Of a stretch of DNA of 37,100 nt, positions 25,815 to 34,303 are shown one piece after another (position 1 is the stretch's first letter; each line of letters starts with the position of its first letter). The stretch is from a virus (lineage: Duplodnaviria > Heunggongvirae > Uroviricota > Caudoviricetes): IMG/VR virus record IMGVR_UViG_2718218139_000003, one strand, 5' to 3'. The translations under genes and the position numbers were made by a program. Under the pieces are notes generated by a model. It was not told where the DNA came from. It saw only the letters and a list, made by a program, of their open reading frames with translations, and ran no database searches.

Positions 25815-26143
25815 GCGTTTTTTTCCTTTTTGTCTGTCACTTCTTTCCTGATAATTTCATTGCACAAATCCACGCACTCATTGCAGATGTAAACAGACGG
25901 TCCGGCAATCACCTTTGTGACTTCGTACTGGGATTTATTGCAGAAACTGCAATAAACCGTCTTCTCGCCTGAAGTCCATGTTTTGCTGGTTTCGCCAGAC
26001 ATCAGTTGTTTGAGGTCTTTTTCACGACGAAGAACTATCTGGCCACATTCAGCTATTTTTTGGATGTTGACATTTTCTTCTTTCGCCAGCGCTTCCATCC
26101 GCTCAATCAGTCGCTGCGCTTTTTCTCTGTCAATGTGTTGCAT
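25811..26143 (-). CDS. Small protein with a C-terminal ClpX-type C4 zinc-binding domain (ZBD-like) fused to an unrelated helical N-terminus
   Basis: Residues about 63-100 [40 protein letters not shown] nearly match the ClpX N-terminal zinc-binding domain as I recall it ([39 protein letters not shown]); strong RBS aaggggga. Confidence 0.7.
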   Translation of the reverse strand: MQHIDREKAQRLIERMEALAKEENVNIQKIAECGQIVLRREKDLKQLMSGETSKTWTSGEKTVYCSFCNKSQYEVTKVIAGPSVYICNECVDLCNEIIRKEVTDKKEKNA

Positions 26144-26206
26144 TGTGTCCCCCTTGTTTATGCTCCCGGGTTAAAGTCATCAGGGCGGATGCGCCCTGAT
26201 GTTGTG

Positions 26207-26518
26207 TTATTCGGGAAATAACGCCCGGATATTTCCGGCCATCTGACTGGTTATCTGTGCGGCTGATACTGGCTGTGACGCGGGGCGTTCTGTCCTGGTT
26301 TGTGTCACTGATAACGCCTCATCATCAGCCCATGCAGCCAGTCGGTAAGCCTCTGCCGGATTCATTTTCAGTAGTGCCAGCCCGGCCAGAAAAGCCACGC
26401 GTTGGCCGCTTTTGCGGGCTTCTGGTGTAAGGCTGTCCAGCCAGGCGCATGCTTCGCCTTCGTTCTTGACGGCGGCGGGCTTCAGATAGAAACTTATCCG
26501 TCTGGTTGGTGTCGGCAT
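26207..26518 (-). CDS. ParR/StbB-like centromere-binding adaptor (103 aa)
   Basis: RISFYLKP...LDSLTPEARKSGQRVAFLAGLALL...IRALFPE parallels plasmid R1 ParR as I recall it; start 4 nt after the ParM-like stop with RBS aggag. Confidence 0.6.
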   Translation of the reverse strand: MPTPTRRISFYLKPAAVKNEGEACAWLDSLTPEARKSGQRVAFLAGLALLKMNPAEAYRLAAWADDEALSVTQTRTERPASQPVSAAQITSQMAGNIRALFPE

Positions 26519-26522
26519 TGGT

Positions 26523-27482
26523 TTACTCCTTGTCCATTGCGTACAGCCCATTAACCAGAGCAAACTGTGGCACCCCGTCCGCGATGAAAGTCGCATTAAC
26601 TCCGCAGGCTTCGCGGATAGCGGGTGCCACAATCTCCGCTCCGCCACCGACAACCATCACCCGCCCGTAACCCGAAAAACCCGCCAGCGCGCGGATCACG
26701 CGTTGTTTCAGTGTTTCTTCCTTTTCACGAATAACCGCCATCAGGCTGGCGTAATGCGCGTCATTGTGGATGTGCTGGCGCAGCCAGGCTTCATCATGGC
26801 GATGTTCGATAATGGTATTGGCGATGTGGTGACTGGTACGCATACCGTTAGTGGCCATCACCGACAGTACGGCATCGGCCATCAGGGAAACGCCTACGTG
26901 TGGATCGCAAAACACCTGGCTGATACCTGCCAGTTGTCCCTGAACCTTTGCCACATCCAGCGTGGTTCCGCCCAAATCCACAATCAGCAGGGATTCAAAC
27001 GGACTCATGTCAGCCAGTGCCTTAAAGCCAGCCGGAATGGATTCAGGCATAACCCGTACATTACGGATAGTGAATGCCTTACCGTTCTGGTACTCCACCG
27101 GGCGCATGACGTTCGCTTTTTTGCGGTTGATGTTGGCCATGTCCGGCTGTGCGTTTGTGTCGAAATACTCGCTCAGTGGCAGGGTGACAACCACATCCAC
27201 TTCCTGTGGTGTGATGCCTGATTTGACCAGCGCGTGATGAATGGCAATTACATTCACATCGCTGTACTGGTATTGCGTGTCGGTCGTCTGGACAAAGCGA
27301 TCGCTGATCGGATCAAAACCATAGCGCACGCCATCAAGCATGTAGTTCGCAGGCTGTGAGCCACCGAACGGCGCAGACCATTCCGACTTGAAGCTGTTCG
27401 GGCTGATGGCGTTGCGGCGTTCGCCGTTCTCAGTCCATGCCAGCTTGATGTTGGTGGAGCCGTCGTCGATACAAATTTTCAT
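26523..27482 (-). CDS. ParM/StbA-like actin-family segregation ATPase (319 aa)
   Basis: N-terminus MKICIDDGSTNIKLAW and downstream ISPNSFK, FDPIS, YSDVNVIAIHHAL...EVDVVVTLPL blocks parallel plasmid R1 ParM (MLVFIDDGSTNIKLQW...). Confidence 0.75.
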   Translation of the reverse strand: MKICIDDGSTNIKLAWTENGERRNAISPNSFKSEWSAPFGGSQPANYMLDGVRYGFDPISDRFVQTTDTQYQYSDVNVIAIHHALVKSGITPQEVDVVVTLPLSEYFDTNAQPDMANINRKKANVMRPVEYQNGKAFTIRNVRVMPESIPAGFKALADMSPFESLLIVDLGGTTLDVAKVQGQLAGISQVFCDPHVGVSLMADAVLSVMATNGMRTSHHIANTIIEHRHDEAWLRQHIHNDAHYASLMAVIREKEETLKQRVIRALAGFSGYGRVMVVGGGAEIVAPAIREACGVNATFIADGVPQFALVNGLYAMDKE

Positions 27483-27512
27483 GTCGCTTTTCCTTATGTT
27501 GGTTAATTAACC

Positions 27513-27626
27513 GTTTACGGGATTCTGAAATCCCGTTTTTGCCTGTTTTGTGCGCGCTTCATATATCGCTGCGCGTTTTTTGCTCATTTACGGGATTCGT
27601 GAGTCCCGTTTCTGTCTGTTTTTTGT
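27513..27626. repeat. Two about 41-bp direct repeats (27513-27553 and 27586-27626), each with the inverted repeat ACGGGA-N8-TCCCGT; candidate parC-like centromere/operator
   Basis: Seen directly; located immediately upstream of the ParM-like gene. Confidence 0.5.
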
Positions 27627-28023
27627 TTCCACTGGTCAGGCCACCCCGCAGCAGGTCTGCTTTGCGGCGGGCGCGTTCAGTGGTTTCACTGATTCTCTGT
27701 GCGTGCTCTGCGTCGCGGATGGCGCGCAGCATGTCAGAAAGCACGGTAACGGGTGTTTTCATGGTGTTCTGGTCCTGCTGAAGTGTGGATGCCAGGCGTG
27801 CGGCGGCTTCGGGGTCTGATGCCCCCAGCTGTTCCAGATAGCTGGCGACAGGGTTATGGCGGATCTCCGTGCTGCTTACGCCGTGATTACGGCTCAGGCG
27901 TTGCCAGAGCTGCGTGATTCGGCTGTCCGGGCGGGTATCCGGTTTGCGTACAATTTCAAATCCCTGCGGTGCAATGATGCTGCCGTCAACGTACAGACTG
28001 CCGCCCCGTAACAGGTGCAGCAT
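27559..28023 (-). CDS. Hypothetical protein, 154 aa; 3' end overlaps the second direct repeat, so the true extent is uncertain
   Basis: ORF only; weak RBS; low-complexity C-terminus. Confidence 0.3.
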   Translation of the reverse strand: MLHLLRGGSLYVDGSIIAPQGFEIVRKPDTRPDSRITQLWQRLSRNHGVSSTEIRHNPVASYLEQLGASDPEAAARLASTLQQDQNTMKTPVTVLSDMLRAIRDAEHAQRISETTERARRKADLLRGGLTSGNKKQTETGLTNPVNEQKTRSDI

Positions 28024-28083
28024 CTGCTGTTCACCAATATGTAGGCCGAGAGATTCAGCAGACTCCCGCCATTCTTTAGCGAG

Positions 28084-28268
28084 TCACTCGTGGTTATCAG
28101 GCAAAGGTCGCGGCTGTTTGCGGCTCTGTGTCCAGTTCTGCATTTCATCACTGTTGTTTTTTGCCTGTTTGTCACGCAGCGAACGCATCAGCGCCCGGCG
28201 TTCGTGCCGTTTCAGTGAGTGCAGCCATTCGTTCACTTCAACACCGTCAGGGATCTGCGGCCACGGTG
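28084..28268 (-). pseudogene. A: Replication initiation protein A, C-terminal 61 codons separated from the rest by the IS600 insertion
   Basis: Frame joins in-frame to 29533-31648 when the IS and one copy of GTG are removed. Confidence 0.7.
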
Positions 28269-28332
28269 TGAGGTAGCCTGAGTTTAACGGACACTCCTTC
28301 CTGAAATAGAATGGCATCAGAAGGAGCTAATA

Positions 28333-28635
28333 ATGAGCAGAAAAACCCAACGTTACTCTAAAGAGTTCAAAGCCGAAGCTGTCAGAACGGTTCTTGAAAA
28401 TCAACTTTCGATCAGTGAAGGCGCTTCCCGATTATCTCTTCCTGAAGGCACTTTAGGACAATGGGTTACCGCCGCCAGAAAAGGGCTCGGTACTCCTGGT
28501 TCCCGCACGGTGGCTGAACTGGAATCTGAAATTCTGCAACTGCGTAAGGCGTTAAATGAAGCTCGCCTTGAGCGAGATATATTAAAAAAAGCAACAGCGT
28601 ATTTTGCACAGGAGTCGCTGAAAAATACGCGTTAA
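28333..28635 (+). CDS. IS600-like transposase OrfA; A AAA AAA -1 frameshift site at 28584-28590
   Basis: Identical protein to 4384-4686. Confidence 0.8.
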   Translation: MSRKTQRYSKEFKAEAVRTVLENQLSISEGASRLSLPEGTLGQWVTAARKGLGTPGSRTVAELESEILQLRKALNEARLERDILKKATAYFAQESLKNTR

Positions 28636-28670
28636 TCGAACAATGGCGACAACAATTTCCCATTGAAGCG

Positions 28671-29489
28671 ATGTGTCAGGTATTTGGTGTATCCAGGAGC
28701 GGTTATTACAACTGGGTACAGCATGAACCCTCAGACAGAAAACAAAGTGATGAGCGGCTAAAACTGGAGATTAAGGTGGCACATATCCGCACTCGCGAAA
28801 CATATGGAACCCGGCGGCTCCAGACGGAGCTGGCAGAGAATGGCATCATCGTTGGTCGTGACCGACTGGCACGTCTTCGTAAGGAGCTAAGGCTACGCTG
28901 TAAGCAGAAACGCAAGTTCAGAGCGACTACGAACTCGAACCACAATCTGCCAGTTGCGCCAAATCTGCTGAACCAGACGTTCGCTCCTACAGCACCAAAT
29001 CAGGTCTGGGTGGCGGACCTGACGTATGTTGCCACACAGGAGGGATGGTTGTACCTCGCTGGCATCAAAGATGTTTATACGTGCGAAATTGTCGGCTACG
29101 CCATGGGAGAGCGCATGACAAAAGAGCTGACAGGTAAAGCCCTGTTTATGGCGCTCAGGAGCCAGCGCCCACCTGCCGGGCTAATCCACCACTCTGATCG
29201 AGGTTCACAGTACTGCGCATACGATTACCGGGTCATACAGGAGCAGTTTGGTCTGAAAACATCAATGTCGCGTAAAGGTAACTGTTACGACAACGCTCCG
29301 ATGGAAAGCTTCTGGGGAACGCTGAAAAATGAGAGCCTGAGCCACTATCGTTTTAATAACCGGGATGAAGCCATCTCAGTAATACGGGAATACATTGAGA
29401 TTTTCTACAATCGTCAGCGTCGTCACTCTCGTCTGGGGAATATCTCCCCGGCAGCCTTCAGGGAAAAATATCATCAGATGGCTGCTTAA
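28671..29489 (+). CDS. IS600-like transposase OrfB
   Basis: Identical protein to 3530-4348; frame open from 28572, overlapping orfA in -1 frame. Confidence 0.8.
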   Translation: MCQVFGVSRSGYYNWVQHEPSDRKQSDERLKLEIKVAHIRTRETYGTRRLQTELAENGIIVGRDRLARLRKELRLRCKQKRKFRATTNSNHNLPVAPNLLNQTFAPTAPNQVWVADLTYVATQEGWLYLAGIKDVYTCEIVGYAMGERMTKELTGKALFMALRSQRPPAGLIHHSDRGSQYCAYDYRVIQEQFGLKTSMSRKGNCYDNAPMESFWGTLKNESLSHYRFNNRDEAISVIREYIEIFYNRQRRHSRLGNISPAAFREKYHQMAA

Positions 29490-29532
29490 AAAAAGAACAA
29501 ATGGTAGTGTCCGCTATTGCCAGTACACCTCA

Positions 29533-31648
29533 GTGCTGGCCGTTCTTCCGGCTGTTCTGTCCCGTTGTTGTCCGTTTCCTGTACACGAGGACAGTTATTG
29601 CCACGAGTCCAAGGGGCGGCAGGGCCGCCCTGAAGGTCAAAACCATTTTCGCGGGCGCTGTCTTCCACTTCCGGTTTACGTCTTACCAGCTTCCAGTTAT
29701 CCGGATGCGTGCACACACGGGAGGATTCCCCGATGAATGGCGACCAGATCCCGTAAATCTGTACACTCTGTTCGCCGTAATCGTTCAGCTCATCTGCGAG
29801 GTCGTAGGCGGTGCGAATCAGGTAGTCCTTGCGCGGAACAAGTACGCCACCCTGTTTTTCAATGTAGGTGGCAAAACATCCGGCATCAGCGGCAGCGAGT
29901 ACCGCATCCATTGCGTCATCCTTCAGCCGTTGCGGGCCTTCCGGGTTGCGTGCCATCTGGCTGGCAAGGCGGCGGAGTTCACGCCACACCTGACGGGAGG
30001 GGATGCCAAAGAACTGGAACTGGCGGACCCGGTGAAGGCGCGCCCAGCCGATGGCGCGCTCCACACTCTCGGCCATTGATTTACCTGTTTCGTGTTCAAC
30101 GCGTGGCTTGCCCGTTTTCGGGTCGATGCCATCCACGGCACGGCTGTCCAGGTTTTTCCCTATGTAGGTGGCGATGTAGCTGGTCGGTGTGCCTTTTGAG
30201 CCGTCGACGTACTCCGCCTTAAAGCGTGGGGTAATATCATCACCCAGCTCGTGACGATCTTCCTGAATGGCAATATCGCGGGTGTGGGACACAATGGTGT
30301 CGATTTCTTCCGGATGTGCAAAGACCATCATATGCCAGTGCACGGTGCCGTCATGGTGAGGCTCCACCGTGCGGATGCCATACCAGCGCAGGCCGTCGCG
30401 GTTCAGTTTCTTGCGGACCGCCGCAAAAAACGTGTTAACCAGGTAATCACTGGAGTCGCGCATGGTGGCCCCGTTCCATTTGGGATTCGGATGACCGTTC
30501 TCTGTTGTGGCGTGGTATTTTGACGGGCAGGTGACAGTCAGAAACACCGCTCTGTCGCCACGGGCTTCGGCCAGAAGTTCCAGCCCCTTCATGGTGGCCA
30601 TCATTTCTGCCTTACGGTGAACCGGGTTACTTACTCCCGCGTAATACACCGTTTCGAGATCAATCGTGAACCCATCTTCATTTTCCAGCATGAAACTTTT
30701 CAGGAAATCGCGTGTTTTCTCGCGCTGTGCGCGAAACTCGCTTAACGCGTCCTGGCTCAGATAGGGTGATGTTTTTCTGGAAACCAGACAGGCGGCGCGG
30801 AGTTGTTCTTCTCTCCACTCGCAACGTAACAGCCACAGTTTGCGTTTCCACCATTCCGCACAGGTCAGGCGAAGGATTGCGCCCGGCAGCAGCTCCGTGT
30901 CCGGTTCGTTCCTCCGGTCTTTGTCTGTTGTCAGTGCGTCATAATGCGGAGGCATGGCGTGCAGGTGTAACGCCATGCGGGCCAGCATTTGATACGCCTT
31001 CAGCGTTACATCCATGGTCAGCTCGCCATCAGTCGCGCCAAAGCCATCGCAGAGTTTTTCGAAGGTGCTGCTGAACATCGCCGCCGTCATGGTGGCCAGC
31101 GTCTGTATCTGGTGCTTGTTGAGCTGCGGCAGGTAAAGCAAATCGTCCAGGCGTTCGCGTCCGGCAAGGGAGCGATAACCCGGTGTCAGCCAGCGGTGGT
31201 CGGTGCGGTCCAGACGTTCGAATATTTTGCGCAGGGTTCCGCGCGCGTAGCGTTCAGCCTGCCAGCTCTTTTTGCCTTTCCGGCGATCGGCTTCCTGTTT
31301 TTTGCGCAGGAAGGAGAGGTGGCGAATAAGCGGATCGCGCAGATAGGACGGCAGCAGGCGCAGCGAGGCCATGGCTTCATCCACCGCACCGCGTGCCTGT
31401 TTTCTGGCGTCTCCTGCCAGTGTGATGGTTTTGTCCTGTTTTTCCTGTGCGTCCAGGCTTTTATTAATCAGGTTGCCCAGCGGCGTGGCGGAGAATGCCG
31501 CATCAGCCATTTCCTGGCGGCGCTCGTTCTCTGCCCGGTAGGCATCCAGCCAGGAGGAAAGCGCGGATTCAGGAGCGGGGATCCCCGTTCCTTCACGCCC
31601 CACTGCGTGGCGCGGTTGTTGCCAGTCCCTGATGTACTCTGCCGTCAT
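29533..31648 (-). pseudogene. A: Rolling-circle replication initiation protein (P2 gpA-like), N-terminal 705 codons; interrupted near the 3' end by IS600
   Basis: HUH-type motif HDGTVHWHMMVF; size about 766 aa when rejoined with 28084-28268. Confidence 0.75.
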
Positions 31649-31654
31649 AGTGAT

Positions 31655-32020
31655 TTACTTCGTCATGCCATTCAGGGTGTCGCGGCAGACTGTAGCCAGC
31701 CGCTGAATTTCCAGCACGGTGTCTTCTGTGTCGGCATGGCGATGTGTGATGCGGATGCTGTCGGCAATCACGTCGACGATTGCAGAGGATGGGCGCTGGT
31801 AAATGCCAATAACGGACGGGGTGCCACCTTCAATGCGGTAAAGCCTGTAATTTCCCTCATGGCTGTCGATCATGTAGCGACCATCAATAACAATTTTTCC
31901 GTCAGCGAGCTGCGGTACAGACAGGGATTTCAGGTACATGTCATAACGATCACGCACGCGAGCGGCAAGATCACGTTCTGTGTTGAGCAGGTATTCAAGA
32001 AAGTCGTTGGCGAGAATCAT
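31655..32020 (-). CDS. Hypothetical early-operon protein, 121 aa
   Basis: ORF in operon context immediately upstream of A. Confidence 0.45.
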   Translation of the reverse strand: MILANDFLEYLLNTERDLAARVRDRYDMYLKSLSVPQLADGKIVIDGRYMIDSHEGNYRLYRIEGGTPSVIGIYQRPSSAIVDVIADSIRITHRHADTEDTVLEIQRLATVCRDTLNGMTK

Positions 32021-32092
32021 TGCGGCAATCCTCTTGTTACAGATGTGCGAAGGCCTCCCGCCGCAAGGTGCAGGAAAGGCCCGGAACAGGAA

Positions 32093-32323
32093 TTAATGGA
32101 GTTTGTTTTGCTGCTGGATGAGATCCTGAAGAGACAGGAGGTCTTCCGCCAGATAGCTGAATACAGCGGCGCAGTAGTCGGCTGAAATAGTGCTGTTGAG
32201 TCTGTGCAATGTGTTGGATTGCATGATAAAGGCGATGTGTGCGGCGCGGGTGAGTCTGCGATCGATTTCAGTCTGGATGTGACGACGCTCCGCGATAGCG
32301 CGGTGCTGTTTGCGGTTTGCCAT
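32093..32323 (-). CDS. Hypothetical early-operon protein, 76 aa
   Basis: ORF in operon context. Confidence 0.4.
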   Translation of the reverse strand: MANRKQHRAIAERRHIQTEIDRRLTRAAHIAFIMQSNTLHRLNSTISADYCAAVFSYLAEDLLSLQDLIQQQNKLH

Positions 32324-32644
32324 GGTGTGGCCTCTTTGCTAGTAAGTTTTGAAAACTCACCATCCAGAGCTGCGAAACTGTGGGTGGCGAGACGTACGAG
32401 GTTCGCAGTACCGGCTAGCAAAGAACCCGGCCCGACCGAAGTCGGCCCCGTACGCCCCGCCATAATTCGTGTGCGAAAAAGACGTGGCAATACAGTACGC
32501 ACAAAAAAACCGCTGGCGCGGTTGTGCGCTTTGCTAGTCAGCAGGCTGCGAAACCCGGCACCCGTTTTATGAGGTGCAGCGGGAATGTAACCTGACTGAT
32601 TGCGGCATGGCAAGCGGTTTTTTGTGTGTGCATGTTCTGGTTTC

Positions 32645-32944
32645 TTACTGGTTCAGAAAAAAATCAAAAACCTTGTCAATGCGTTGCAGCAGCTCTTGCT
32701 GTATTGCTTCCGGTGTTTCCGGTTCGCCTGGCGCCTCCAACGTCGCGCAGAAATCAGCGATTTCATGATGGAGCGTCAGGCGAATGGCAGGAGCCGTGGT
32801 TCTGGCGTGCTCCGGCTCATCCAGCAGTGCCAGCACAGCAGACGGCGAGAGCATTGCGCGAAATGCCAGTAATTTTTGAGGCGTTGCCATTCGTTGCAGG
32901 GCAAATGCCAGTTCGCGTAGCTTCTGGTGGTTGATGGTGCTCAT
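32645..32944 (-). CDS. Hypothetical early-operon protein, 99 aa
   Basis: ORF, 4-bp overlap with upstream gene. Confidence 0.45.
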   Translation of the reverse strand: MSTINHQKLRELAFALQRMATPQKLLAFRAMLSPSAVLALLDEPEHARTTAPAIRLTLHHEIADFCATLEAPGEPETPEAIQQELLQRIDKVFDFFLNQ

Positions 32945-33207
32945 GCTCTGGCTTCCTTCAGTAGCTGGTTAAACATGTGAGTAAGTGGATTGCTACACCC
33001 GAACGGCATCGGGTTTACGTGGTAAGAAGCCTGGCCTCCTGTTTTGCGAGCGCGACCACCTGTGCTGCGGTTTGTTCTGATGACTAAGCCGCCGCGCCAA
33101 AGTCGGCGTAACTCAGCATTAATGGCTGTGGTTGGGGTATTCAGTGCTGCGGCGATCTCTCCGCCGCTACACCCCGGATGAGTAGCGATGTAGTCCAGAA
33201 TGGTCAT
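32941..33207 (-). CDS. Hypothetical small DNA-binding-like protein, 88 aa
   Basis: ORF, 4-bp overlap with neighbours; helix-turn-helix-like N-terminus. Confidence 0.4.
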   Translation of the reverse strand: MTILDYIATHPGCSGGEIAAALNTPTTAINAELRRLWRGGLVIRTNRSTGGRARKTGGQASYHVNPMPFGCSNPLTHMFNQLLKEARA

Positions 33208-33407
33208 CTGCGTGGCTCCTGTACCTGTCGGATAAGATTTACTCGCGCCACGTTGGTGGCGCAGAAGTAAGTGCCGTCAGTGAGGTAGATGTGGTGTGCA
33301 TCCTTTTCCGAACGATGTTTGTCGATAGTGGTAATCAGGCGTTCGTCGACCTCGTATTCGCGCCCTCTGGAGGTAAAGCGAACGACGGAAAAATGCTTAA
33401 TTGCCAT
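33204..33407 (-). CDS. Hypothetical early-operon protein, 67 aa
   Basis: ORF in operon context. Confidence 0.4.
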   Translation of the reverse strand: MAIKHFSVVRFTSRGREYEVDERLITTIDKHRSEKDAHHIYLTDGTYFCATNVARVNLIRQVQEPRR

Positions 33408-33430
33408 TGCGCCCCCTTTGTCCAGTAACC

Positions 33431-33847
33431 CTATGCGTTAAATACGGCACGTTGCGCGTCATCAATGAATACAGCTTGAGAGCGTTCTATCAGGCGGAGA
33501 TTTGTCAGAAGCTCTGACTCTTTTGTGTGGTAAGGCGTTATCAGGTATTTGCCGTGCAGTTCGGCAATAATGGTGTATCGCAGCATCATTGCTGAACCAA
33601 GAATATAAATGCAGCGTCCAATGCTGGACGGATTCATGGCTGCAACTGTTGACTGTGTTTTAAGAGTGTCGATTTCTTTGCTCTGTTCCTCAATAATTTT
33701 GGCTGCTTCAGAGGTGGCTATTGCGATGGTCAGTGCGTAAAGCGCTGCCATATGTTGATTATCTTTCTGGGCTGCCCTGGACAGCTTGTCTTGCTCTGCT
33801 GACACTATTTTTAATGTATTGATAATATTTTTTTCTTTTGCGTTCAT
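33431..33847 (-). CDS. Hypothetical coiled-coil protein, 138 aa
   Basis: ORF; AT-rich codon usage suggests acquired gene. Confidence 0.45.
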   Translation of the reverse strand: MNAKEKNIINTLKIVSAEQDKLSRAAQKDNQHMAALYALTIAIATSEAAKIIEEQSKEIDTLKTQSTVAAMNPSSIGRCIYILGSAMMLRYTIIAELHGKYLITPYHTKESELLTNLRLIERSQAVFIDDAQRAVFNA

Positions 33848-33939
33848 TTTATATCTCCGTTATTTACGTGTGCGAATACCTCCGCGAATGCGGATAGTTT
33901 TCAGGTTTTCGGGTTTAATCTGGTGTTTTGTTTAAGCTG

Positions 33940-34053
33940 TTATTTGTCAGTGAAAAAGCGTTCAATCTTTTTTACTGAATGAATAATTCGCATAATCCCA
34001 ATGGCGCAGGCCACCGAAATAATCAGAACAAGCCATGAGATAAATATACTCAT
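33940..34053 (-). CDS. Small hydrophobic peptide, 37 aa (MSIFISWLVLIISVACAIGIMRIIHSVKKIERFFTDK), translationally coupled to the upstream gene
   Basis: RBS GGGGA 7 nt before ATG; ATGA overlap with the stop of 34050-34292; single predicted TM helix. Confidence 0.4.
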   Translation of the reverse strand: MSIFISWLVLIISVACAIGIMRIIHSVKKIERFFTDK

Positions 34054-34292
34054 GCGATATTCCCCAGCTTATACGGTTTAATGTGTTCCCCGCATTCTGC
34101 GGCACAGATCAGCTCGGAAAGTTCGTTAAGTGCATCCAGATCATCAGCGTAAAAAGCGACGTCATACAAACTCCGGATTGCCCTGGTCAATGAGTCACGG
34201 GCTGCACGTTCAGCATGAGCGCCTGATGCACTTAAGCGAAAATAAAATCGTTCAAGTGCTTTATTAATGAGAGTTTTATATTCTTTGCCCAT
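34050..34292 (-). CDS. Hypothetical early-operon protein, 80 aa
   Basis: ORF in operon context. Confidence 0.45.
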   Translation of the reverse strand: MGKEYKTLINKALERFYFRLSASGAHAERAARDSLTRAIRSLYDVAFYADDLDALNELSELICAAECGEHIKPYKLGNIA

Positions 34293-34303
34293 CGCAACGC
34301 CCT

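Larger units (their letters stand above)
28269..29532 (+). mobile_element. IS3-family insertion sequence, IS600-like, 1264 bp, flanked by 3-bp direct duplication GTG; inserted in gene A
   Basis: Inverted copy of 3487-4750; GTG at 28266-28268 and 29533-29535. Confidence 0.85.

Noticed and set aside
27513-27626. Possible CRISPR array (direct repeats of about 41 bp)
   Set aside because: Only two repeat units, with internal palindromes and no spacers or cas genes; better explained as a ParR-type binding site.
3487-29532. Whole 4751-28268 segment as a unit inverted by recombination between the two inverted IS600 copies
   Set aside because: The right copy retains matching GTG flanks and cleanly splits gene A, and the gene orientation inside the segment is not uniformly flipped relative to the early operon; only the FI'-U block is inverted.
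30989-32185. 398-aa plus-strand ORF antisense to replication gene A and the upstream early gene
   Set aside because: Shadow ORF; the minus-strand gpA-like frame has the HUH motif and operon context.
32017-32613. 198-aa minus-strand ORF spanning the early-operon noncoding interval
   Set aside because: Ser/Thr/Arg-rich low-complexity translation running through repeat and hairpin sequence; more likely noncoding.
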